A stretch of DNA of 64,000 nucleotides, from NCBI RefSeq assembly GCF_009914755.1, contig NC_060929.1. One strand, given 5' to 3'. The position numbers and the translations under genes are program-made. Of the stretch, positions 52,625-64,000 are shown one piece after another (within the stretch, counting starts at the first letter, position 1; every line of letters begins with the position of its first letter). The stretch is from the human T2T-CHM13v2.0 reference genome, Homo sapiens. The notes beneath the pieces are model-generated. The model was not told where the DNA came from and made no database searches. It saw only the letters and a list, made by a program, of their open reading frames with translations.

Positions 52625-52863
52625 TCAGCGTTTCTCAGCCTTAGCTGCAAATTTGTATCATCTGGAAGTAGGACATGATAAAGAGAGAGAGAGCTAGAGA
52701 TACACTTAAAGAAAGTGAACTATCTCTGGGCATGAACAATCTCTGGGCATCAGGTAGAGATAGAGACAGATAGAAAATGAGAACCATCTCTGGGCATGAA
52801 CCTGAGTATCTAAACTATTAACAATCTTGCCAGCTTAGTCTGATGGACAGTTGAGAACCACTG
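52625..52863. mobile_element. MER5-like hAT-Charlie MITE relic
   Basis: TIR-like ends CAGCGTTTCTCA ... TGAGAACCACTG. Confidence 0.6.
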
Positions 52864-54012
52864 GTGTATGCATGAAGCAATGCTAATCAATTTAAATAAA
52901 AATCCCGTAAATATGTGTCTCCTAACACATTGCTATGGTCACATACTTCTTAGTTATCATTTATGGCTGTTAGTGACTATTTTCACCTACCTACCGCAGA
53001 TATCATGAGAATAATTAAAATGGCTTGTGGAAGTACATTCAGGGGATTTCTTTAAAATTACAAAATAGAGCTTGGCTATAATCATCAAGATTATGACTAA
53101 AAAGGAGAAAAGAAATGCAAATTATGTTTTGGTCCTATAATTGGCTGTGTAATAACAATGGATTGACTCTGCATGTACACAGCATAAAGGGACAGAAAAT
53201 GAGAATCTTAAGCCTGTGTTATTTGACCGAGGCAGTTTCTAAGGAATAATGCACTTTATACACAGACATTACAATACTTCTTAAGGATAAATAACCTACA
53301 AGTAATCCCGATTCCAAACGATGTTGCCAAGTACCTTTTGACCTTCATATCAGCTCTGAAGTGACTAGTAAATTGGATTACCCCACTGGGCATATTTATA
53401 GCAGTATTTAATTTTAACTACACAGAATGTACCTGTTTACTCAGACCTGATTTTAATATCAGAGTATCTGTGGAAGGCTTAATACAAATCCTTTTAAGAA
53501 CTCTATTGACAGATAGAATTTTCCAGCAGAAAAGTTAGTTTAAAAAAGTCAGCAGAGCAGGAAATACATCAGTTTGCCTTGATTGGAAGAGACAAAGAGA
53601 TTTTGAATTGTTCTTAGGAAGATTTTTAAAAATCTAAAAATATTTGCTAAATATATGGAAGTGGTAGGTTTTCATTTAATCAACAAATTATTCAAGAAAC
53701 TACAAATCTTGACTGTTGTTTTACATGAATATGGTACAGTATGCCAATATATTAAACCATTATTAACAAATATGGCTCCTAAGTGACATTAAGAAGAGAT
53801 AAAAGAAGGGATGAGCAAACCTGTGTACTAAAATACTTTTAAATATATAATAAAGTCAAACTAATTTAGCTTACTTTTTGCTTTTTGATATTGCAATAGA
53901 CTTTTAATTTCTCTGACATTTGAATTCACGCACAAAGTCATCATGTCTCTCCATCTCCATGTTGTGATGTCTCGACTACACCATGAGGAGTTTGATTTCT
54001 CCAAATTTTTAA

Positions 54013-54327
<315 letters not shown>

Positions 54328-55369
54328 TAACAGTCTTTCATAAAAAATCTGAAGAATAAATCATAGTATTTATACTGTGATTATTCTTTCTAATTGCTCT
54401 GTAATTTCAAATGCAGAAAAACTGGTCAGTTAATGCAATAGCATGTCTAATACTATGTGGTTAACTAATTACTCTCCCAATATGTAATTATATTATGAGA
54501 AATAAATCTATTTATGGGAGTGACAGAAACCTAAATGGACATTTCCCTACTTTATTTGCACAGTTAGAATTTGTGAAATTCTAACTACTAATATACATTT
54601 AAGACATATGTCTTCACACATAGATGTTACTAGATATTATATGTTGTGGGGGGAAATTATTGACCCAAATAAACCCAAACAAAAGCAAAACATTTAATAA
54701 AACTCATTGTGGAAGAAATTGAAGATGAGAAAAAATATGGAATATATACGTGGTCTTAGTCACTTTTTATATCACTTTTTTCTAATTGTTTGAATGAGAT
54801 AGTCATGTCTGGCCTAGGAAACTCATTCTGTGAGTAAACTCTGAAATAGAATTGCTAAATTACTTGTTCCTAGTCACAATTTCAGAAAGTGGTAATGGTG
54901 AAATTATGTTACAGTTGTTGATTTCCTCTCCAAACCTCTTTTTGCTACAATTGGTTAGCATTATTCAAATCAAAACTTTAGAGTTTAGCCATATCAATAT
55001 ATAATTTTTATGACTATTGGAGTAATTTTGATTTATAACAGATAATTACTTAATCGCTGGGAATAGGACTTTCGGCAAATTTCATATGAATGTCTTCTGT
55101 TTTCAATTACTGAAACATACTTGTAGAATTTACTCAGATTACTCACGGCCAAGACATGCACACTCCCAATGGCTGCTGCTGAGCTTCCTATTTCACAGTA
55201 GCCACAACTGTATAAAATATGGCTACTGTGTTATATACCAAACTTTCCTAATCATGATTAAATAATCAAGTTTTATGACTCTCCTCTTTTAGAAGATGCA
55301 GTATGAACAAAATCATTATTGAGAAAGACCCTACTATGAATCTGTAGCTCTATTACTGAAATCACACAT

Positions 55370-55865
55370 TGTAGTAAGCTGAATGATGGCCCCCAAAGAT
55401 GTTTGCATTGTTGTCCCCAAAATATGTGAATATGCTACCTGCCATGTTGAATGAGATTTTGTAGATGTGATTAAGTACCTTGAGATGAAATTATCCTCGT
55501 TATTCTGTTTGGCATATAGTCCATGGGTTCTTAAAAGCAGAGAATCATTCCTGGCTGTGGTCAGAAAGAGAGATGTGACTATAGAAGAATGATCAGAGAG
55601 ATAAAACTTTGTTGGCTTTGATGCAGGATGGGGACCAAGGGTTAAGGAATGTCGATAGCCTCTAGAAGCTGTAAAAGTCAAGGAAATAAAATATTTCTTC
55701 TAGCCTCTAAAGAGGAACACTGCAGCCCTTTCAACATTGGGATTTTAGTTCAGTGAGACCCATATTGGACTCCTAACTTATAGATCTGTAAGACGATGAA
55801 CTTTTCTCGTTGTAAGCTGCCAAGTTTGTGGTAATTCAATACTTCAGCAATACAAAAATAATACA
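55370..55865 (+). mobile_element. MLT1D-like solo LTR
   Basis: TGTAGTAAGCTGAATGATGGCCCCCAAAGATGT...CAGCAATACAAAAATAATACA. Confidence 0.87.
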
Positions 55866-55937
55866 CAGCTCAAAAGCCTCAGCTATTCAAAAATCTACAT
55901 TTCAATGTATTATTACCTTTCAGGATCCAGATTGTGA

Positions 55938-56396
<459 letters not shown>

Positions 56397-58499
56397 TGAT
56401 TTCTCTTATTTTTTACAAACATACAAACCTTGCCTATATGGAATTAGTGTCTATATTTCAGAAAAATTAAGTTTCTTGTAAAGTGATTTTACTTACCAGG
56501 TGGTCATTTATGCATAAATTTACATCTTTTCATATAATAATTATGTAGTTTCCTAGAGCCAATTTAATTTCTCTTAAAATAATTTATTTTGAGATGACCA
56601 TTATCTGATTTCATATGTGGAAATTCATAGAATGCAGAAATTCCAAACCTGAATTTCCTAAATATTTTTCATAAGACCTTCTATATAAATGATTCTGACC
56701 CATTTAGGGAATAATCTAATTTATTTGAATATTTTTTCTGTTAATCTACTAAAAAACAAAGAAATAATATATGGATTAATTACAATCAGAGATTTTGGTT
56801 ACAACCATGGATATATTACGAATGTTCACCTCTTGACACTAGATTATAGAAGAAATAAGACTGAAGTGAGGGATTTAGGAGAAATATACTTACACACACA
56901 AACAATCATATATATATATTTATAAACATACGTATGTAACACATACATAGTGTATAAATAATAATTTTATCAGTCGCATTTTCACATTTGTTCTTAAAAA
57001 CACCAAATAAGTCAGTGCCTTCTGTATCTCTTTAGAATTTTTGTAGGTTTGATTTTAAATAACTATATATTTCAGTTTAAATTTATCACATCAATGTCTA
57101 CTATCTGATCATATTTATTTCAGAAAAAAACTCTGTGTATTTGAAATTCATAAACCTATAATGTTGTTTACTATGCATTAATCACGATTTAAAAAACATA
57201 CAATAATAGCAAACAAACTTGAACAAAGACATGCAACTCATTCCAGAGGAATGAGAGATGTTTTTTCCAAGAAACTAATTTTCATCTCCTCATTATTTAT
57301 TTTAATGTCTCTTTTTTACCAAATTATACAAATAATATGCAAATAAGTGATTAAAATAACGTGACAAAATCATAATGACCTCTAAAAATTATGACGAGCT
57401 GCAAAAAAGAATACTCATTAACAAGGTTGTACAATTAATTCTGTAAAAATGTTCCAAATGCAATTTGGCAAAAGAAAGATGCACAGGTTCCAGAAACAAT
57501 TTATAGTGTTTATTGAAACATGCATATTTCCCAATTAAAATCCACTGATGAAATTTTTAAAATTTAACTTTTGAATGTCTTTATTCTATTTTATTAGATA
57601 GTTCTTTATCTTCAAATATAATACTGATAAATCTGAGGACTTGCCAAGTAATATGCTGTGATAAGTAAGAATATTGGAATTTGTCCCTGTACTACTCCAG
57701 GTAAACATTGATAAGAATAAAAGATATATACAAAAGTAAATAATTCAGATACTAAAAATTTAGATAATTAAAGCATTAAAAAAAAAAACCGGAAGTATAA
57801 ACATAGAAACATGCCAAAGTTCTGTGAGAAAGATTCCAAGTAACACATTTAAGAATACATTAAGGAGCAATATTATGAGTACATAAATAATTCTAAACAA
57901 AAGATCATTAACGCAAGTGAAAATAAATATTAGGAAGTTTAAGTTCCTACCTTTAGACCAAAGAAGCTAACATAAATTGAGAAAAAATATACAAATGCAG
58001 ATATAGGGTATAGAGTTCATTAGGTAGCCCCTACCATCAGACTTGTGTTTATTATTCAGTACTGAGGGCATTACAATCCACAATGGATGAGAGAAAAACA
58101 TAAACAAAGGACCAGGGCAGTGTAGTCCTAAAGAAAACCTACTATAGATTTGCAAAGTTGCATTAAGTTAGTAGGTAGGCGAAGGACAGAACACCTGTCT
58201 AACAGAACTCCTACCATCCCGTTTTTCTTTTGCTTTCTGTTTGAAATCATTAGTTTATTTCCACAAGGCCTCAAAAGGATATTGCCCCAAATGAACATAC
58301 CTGGATGAATTTCTTTAAATTATATGGACGTGTAAAGCATATTCATATACATTCTCTCTACATATATAATTATAATTTGCCCAATTCTCTGTGCCTGAAT
58401 ATTTGAAAAGGATGTTTGATCAGCATCTAATTGGACTACGAGGGAGCTGGTGATAGGTCCTACCGTTCACCAACACTGGGCTCCCTAAATTATAAGGGG

Positions 58500-58705
58500 A
58501 CGCAGTGTGGCGTAGCAGTTAAGAGTTCCGTTACTCTAGAGTCAGACAGACCAGATTGCAATCTCAACTCCACCACTTACTAAATGTGTGACCTTGGCCA
58601 ATATTTATATTATCCAATTTACAGCTACTCCAACTGTTGTCAAAATAAAACCAGTTATGATAATGCTCCCTATCTGCTAAAAGCACTGTGAAGGTTAAAT
58701 CAAAT
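58500..58705 (+). mobile_element. MIR SINE
   Basis: GCAGTGTGGCGTAGCAGTTAAGAG...CTCTAGAGTCAGACAGACC...CCACTTACTAAATGTGTGACCTTGGC core. Confidence 0.8.
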
Positions 58706-60055
58706 AATCCCTGACCCATGACAGACTGATAATAATCCCTGACCGCTGACAGAGAGACTAAGAGAGAGGGAGCGAAAGAGAGAGAGAAAGAATGCTATGT
58801 GAAACAAAATCTGCAATACTAGCAAAAGAAAAAAAAAACCTTTTATATTGGGAAAAAAAAGAAAGAATAAGAATTTCAGAAAAATACTGCTTATTTTTCT
58901 TAATAAGAGTCTCATAGTTTGGATTTTCTAGAAGTAGAGTTTAAGACAGTGATTCATATGCATACATTTTATTGGGCATACTTCTGTCAGACAAGGCCAA
59001 TTCTCTGGAGTGAGCTGACATCACTTGGCAGCTGGAGATCGCTCACTGACCCAGTAAAGAATATCTAGGTAGGGCACTGTCCAACCCTTGCAAGCCTCAG
59101 ATGAATATGGCTCTCGCATTAAGTTCACCATATCCATGGTTACAAACGCTGCCCATTCATAGCTCAATGTGGGCAACTGTGCAATTGGCATTATGCTTCA
59201 GAGCCGAACTTTATGAAATACAGTTTATGTAGCCAAACCTTCCACTAGGAGCTTTAAAAAAACATAAAAATAAAAAGGTTTAAGAGGAAATTTTAATACA
59301 CTAACAGGCCACTTAGAGAATATTTCAGTGTTCAAATGCAAATTCTTAGCATGGTATGGTTTTTCAATTGTTAAAAAAAATTGAATTCAAAAACTGTATA
59401 TATAAAATGTTACATTTTTCTCTAAATTAAGAGTCTCAAACTCCAGTGAAATTAATTTTAAAATTCTTAATATCAAATATGTATATTAGCAGTTTTTTAA
59501 GATTAAACATAGTCTATTTATTTATGAAGCTGTTTGGACATTTTACTATTTTTCAGGTGAACTATCTGGATTCTGCTTACCTAGACAATGTCCATTGGAC
59601 TTTTGACAGGAATTATTACACTCTTTATCTTTCATAGTGAAATAGTTCTTATTACATTAGACTACTGGTTTAAATTTTAAAAATATTGTAAATGTATGAA
59701 AAAACAACATATATGGAGAGTTCTATAAATTATATACAATGACAAAGCTTGGGAGATAATTATTGACAATGTTACTGATGCTATACATTAGTTGAATTGC
59801 TAATTAAAAATAAATGTCATGGTCAGTGAGGTTTCCCACTTAAACCATGCATTGTGTCTCCTTTGGGTACAACCATTTAATTTTTTTAACGATTTTTTTT
59901 CTAATCCATGCATCAATTTTCATTAATTTGATTTCTTCCTTTTATCCTTCATTACATAAAGTTAGTTTTACCCTGGACTGATTCTCTCTACACTGGATAG
60001 TGAAAGGTAGTCTGAGAGATTAATCTTGTATTCATTTTTTCATATTGCACATTAG

Positions 60056-60438
60056 GGACTTAGTTCATTTTATACTCATAACAGACTCTCACAGACTTGT
60101 TAGTTTATAATGAACCATGGTTCATGGTTCTGGAGACTGGAAATTCAAATGCATAGCAATGGCAGGTGAGTGCCTACATTCTCTGTCATCCCATGGCAGA
60201 AAGCAGAAGGTCAAGAGTAGGCAAAAGCAAGCTAGCAAGAATGGGCCAAACTTGTTTTTATAACAAAACCATTCTCATAATAACTAACCCACTCCAAGGA
60301 AAATGATATTAGTCCATTCATGAGGGCAGAACTCTCATAATTTAATCACCTCTTATTAGGCCCTAACTCCCAACACCATTACATTGAGAATTAGGTTTCC
60401 AACACATAAACTTTGGGGGACACATTCAAACCATAGCA
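60056..60438 (-). mobile_element. MST (B/C/D-like) solo LTR
   Basis: CCATTCATGAGGGCAGAACTCTCAT...TTTGGGGGACACATTCAAACCATAGCA. Confidence 0.85.
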
Positions 60439-61193
60439 GGTATATAATCAAATTAATGGTTTTGTCTAGCTCTGAATTACTAGATATGGCAGAAAATCAT
60501 TTCTACAGTTGAGATTTTAAATGTATAGAATCTTGAATTCCTCTATTGTTTTTATATGCAAGTTCTCTTTATGTATCAGTGAAGAGGGGCTAAAATATTA
60601 CAGAAATTTGTTTTAGATTGATGATTAGTAAATTGCAAAGCTTGTAATGGTTTATCTGAGCAGGGTAAGCTATTCTAAGCTCACTACCTCTTATTAAATA
60701 ATGTGAAGAGTTCAACAAAACAGAATTTTAATCAAATTATAAATACTTATGGGTAGTTGGCTCTCTTTCTCCCCTTAGTATTCATTTGGATTTTAAAATT
60801 GTTTTAATTGAGAAAAATTATCATTGCCCTGACTTGCCTACCCTTTTCTTTGCAGCTGAAATTTCAATGCTACAGAGAAGAGAGAACAAGATAAACATGT
60901 TTCTTCATCTTAATGTACCTCTGTATAAGTTCTTGCATTCAATTACACATAATCAATGTACAGAATGTTCCTCATACAATGGGCATTCCACCTTGTATGT
61001 GCACACACGGATAAAAAATATAACTTCTGTACAAATTACATTGGCAGCTTCTGTGTCTTACCTTTAAAGACATGTACACGCTTGCATATCCATTTTTGGA
61101 GGATGGACATTTAATTACAATTTTAGATTTATGGTCCAACATAAGGGAAATAATATAGCTAAAAATGAAAGAAAAAGATTCTGAGCTTAATTT

Positions 61194-61295
61194 CTGGGTG
61201 ATGTTATGTACAACAACCCCCCCATGACATGTGTTTATCTATATAACAAACCTTCGCATGTACCCGCAAACCTAAAATATAAACTTTTTAAAAAG
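61194..61295 (+). mobile_element. Short L1PA (older) 3'-terminal fragment
   Basis: CCCCCATGACATGTGTTTATCTATATAACAAACCTTCGCATGTACCC...AACCTAAAAT. Confidence 0.75.
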
Positions 61296-61488
61296 ATTGA
61301 TTCCAACATTAGGAAGTCAATGTTTCTTTAAACTGCAATCTAGAGAAAGATGCTACTATAGTTTTGCCTTATTATTATATTTGTATTTTAATATTTTACT
61401 ATAAAATGTATTTTATTATGATTGATTATTTTAATTAAAAATCTCAATAACAAAGTCCTCACAATTTCATATATGTCCATGATATACT

Positions 61489-62820
61489 AAAGTTTCTGCA
61501 AGTATTGAAAAGTGCTTAAAATGAGAAGCAACATATATGTTGTTGATTATCATCCAAAGGCTATGGGTAAAAAGGAGTGCTCTAGAAGGGCAAAAAACCA
61601 GACTGGACATAGAAAGACTCTCACCACATTGATAAAAGGTCCCTATTATATTTTCAAATTAAAAATAACAATAATTATTATATGCATTCATTCTTAAATA
61701 CTACCTAGTAAACACACATTTTGAATCAGTGATTGGATTCCATCATTTTCAACCCTTCTGTAACCTTTAAAAACTTAAGACATGTTTATCTTGCCTATCC
61801 AAACAACAATGAGATGGTATCAATGGAGCATACAGAATACTTTGGTTTGTGTTGATATGTTAAAAACAAGAAAACAAACAAAAAACCAATTGATTTTTAT
61901 TTTAGGACAGACAGTGGAACAAAGATATAAAATAATATCTACCATAAACCTTTGCACAGCAGTGCTGACGTGATCTTAACATCTGCCTATATTACAAAAG
62001 GGAAGTTAAGCTTGAATATGAAATGTGAAAAAAATAGCCTATTCAATTAAAAAGACTGATTTGGGAGGCGAACATTAAACACTAAGCAAATGCCCTTAGT
62101 GAGTTGGCAGGTGGTTAAAGAAATTACAGCAAAACGGTGGACTCCAGAGTCCTGAAGGGGTAATCAGCACAATGCCTGAGATGAAATGGTTAGGAAGCAG
62201 ACTGTGATGTCTATTGCCAGAAAAATGATCAATGGTACGAGATATTTTGCACTCGAATTAGACAATAATGTGGCTCTTCCTACTAAAGCAGTAGAATAAA
62301 ACATCATCTTTCACCTCAGCTCCTGGAGAAGATGATAATGTTTTTAGCAGAGTTCAAAAGGAATAGTGACTCAGGTTTTAGAGAGAGCTGCCAGGTGAAG
62401 CAAACAAGCAAAACAATTGCATGTTTAAAAAATTAAACAAGTAGCCAACATTTGGAAAATTATATTATGGAAAAGAAAAACCTTTCCAAATTTGCAGGAT
62501 AAAGTCTCTGAAAGTGTCGAAAGGGACTTAAAATGAGAAGCTACAAATATGTTCATTATCGAACAATGGCCATGGGTAAAAAAGCAAGGAGTGCTCAAGA
62601 AGGGAAGAAAAACAAAATGGAAGAGACAGACTAACACCACATGGATAAAGAGACTTTATTATATTTTAAAATTATATACAGTAATTATTATATACATTCA
62701 TTCATAAATTCTATATAAGTAAACATTCTAATCACAGTGTTTCAATTCCATTTTTCTCAAAACACACACACACACACACACACACACGAAAAGCCTGTAA
62801 CCTTTGAAAGCCTAAAATGT
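61489..62820 (+). repeat. Diverged direct duplication (~61489-61785 and ~62500-62820)
   Basis: Collinear shared blocks CTTAAAATGAGAAGC, ATGGGTAAAAAG, AGGAGTGCTC, CACCACAT, TATTATATTTT, CATTCATTC, CTGTAACCTTT. Confidence 0.85.
62762..62787. repeat. (CA)n microsatellite
   Basis: Pure AC run read directly from the sequence. Confidence 0.9.
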
Positions 62821-62929
62821 AGGAGTTCCTCCAGGTACTCACTTCATAGTTCAGATGGATCTTACCAGATTATTAGCAACAAGAATTCAGTGCCTATATC
62901 ACAGTTAAAATTATAGTTAAAATATTTAA

Positions 62930-63390
62930 TAGAGGGACACCCACCCTCAATGCGGGTGGGCACCATCCAATTGGTCAGGGGTATGGATAAAACAAAAATG
63001 CATAGGAAAGCTCGCTCTCTCCTGGACCTAAGACACCCTCCTTCTGGTGCTTTTGGACATCCAAACTCCAGGCTGTCTGGCCTTGGGATTCCAGGAGTTG
63101 CAAAGTGGCTGTCTGAGTTCTCAGGCCTTTGGCCTCTGACTGAGAGTTATACCATCAGTTTCCCTAGTTCTGAAGCTTCAGGACTTGGAGAAAGCTACTC
63201 TACTCTCTTCCCTGGTTCTCCAGCTTGCAGACAACCTATCCTGGAACTTCTCGGCCCGCATAATCGCATGATCCAATTCCTATAATAAATGTACATCTCT
63301 CTCTCTCTCTCTGTATGTGTAGGTATATGCATGTGTGTATATATATATGTATACGTGTAGGTTCTGTCTGAGAGAACCCAGCCTAATACA
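62930..63390 (+). mobile_element. MLT2 (ERVL) LTR, 5'-truncated
   Basis: CCCACCCTCAATGCGGGTGGGCACCATCCAAT...CTCCAGCTTGCAGAC...GAGAACCCAGCCTAATACA, with the internal CT/TA microsatellite typical of MLT2. Confidence 0.88.
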
Positions 63391-64000
63391 TCATGCAGCA
63401 TATTATCAGAATAAAATTTGATAATGTATGTACAATGCTGAACACAGCATCTGGTATTTAAAAACATATTCAGCATCGAGTTACTGTAACTGCTGTCATT
63501 GATGCCTCTTCTTCTAAAATGAGATGCCATCACTTGTAAAATTATTTTTAAAAGATATATTTTTAAATGAAGAAGTCTTTTTATATGTCAAATAATTTAC
63601 TTTAGATGTTTAAAATAGTATAGCTCACAAAAAATGTTGGCTTATAACAACTTCTACTGAGTATGTAAGAAAATGGTTTTGAAGTTCAATCTTTTTTTAA
63701 AAAAAAAGTTGTATGAATGTATTCAAAATTTACATGAACACTCAGCTATGTATACTATAAATATTTTCCAAACTCCATGAGCTGATTAATTAAAACAGAT
63801 CCTCTAGCCAGGAAGACAAGCATATGAATACAACAGTCTTTCTTTTATCAATTCTCCTGAAATATCTAGTATAGCACATAATAATTTTTATATATGAGTG
63901 AAGGTGGTTTCTATGTCCAATTAGCAATAATTGTGCCTCAGGTCATCTTCATTGACTATGATACTGCCACTCTGAAAAGCTGTCTACATCCAAATATTGA

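Noticed and set aside
52413-52797. CRISPR-like repeat-spacer array
   Set aside because: Only 2-3 copies with irregular spacing, no cas genes, and a human genomic context.

Overview
This is AT-rich, repeat-dense primate genomic DNA. It is almost certainly human, because it carries an L1 with the human-specific Ta diagnostics. No host protein-coding exon, RNA gene or CRISPR array can be supported. The dominant feature is a full-length (~6.0 kb) L1HS element at 45787-51820 (+) with Ta-1d diagnostics. Its 5'UTR, ORF0 and ORF1 are intact, but ORF2 is broken by one 5-bp deletion in the endonuclease domain. It sits in the A-tail of an older, near-full-length L1PA15/16-like element, which itself interrupts an older L1MA 3' end. 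Also present: a twin-primed (5'-inverted) L1PA with TSD (32566-35104), a complete two-LTR MSTA-type MaLR provirus nested in an L1MA and carrying a truncated Alu, about 15 Alus, many MaLR/ERVL LTRs, MIR/MER5 relics and microsatellites. Structures not explained by repeat families include a direct-plus-inverted templated duplication (52236-52563), an old ~300-bp duplication with ~1-kb spacing (61489-62820) and a fold-back template-switch insertion inside an L1 (34023-34050). I found no convincing evidence of a novel biological system. Subfamily calls come from remembered consensus diagnostics and should be confirmed with RepeatMasker/Dfam.
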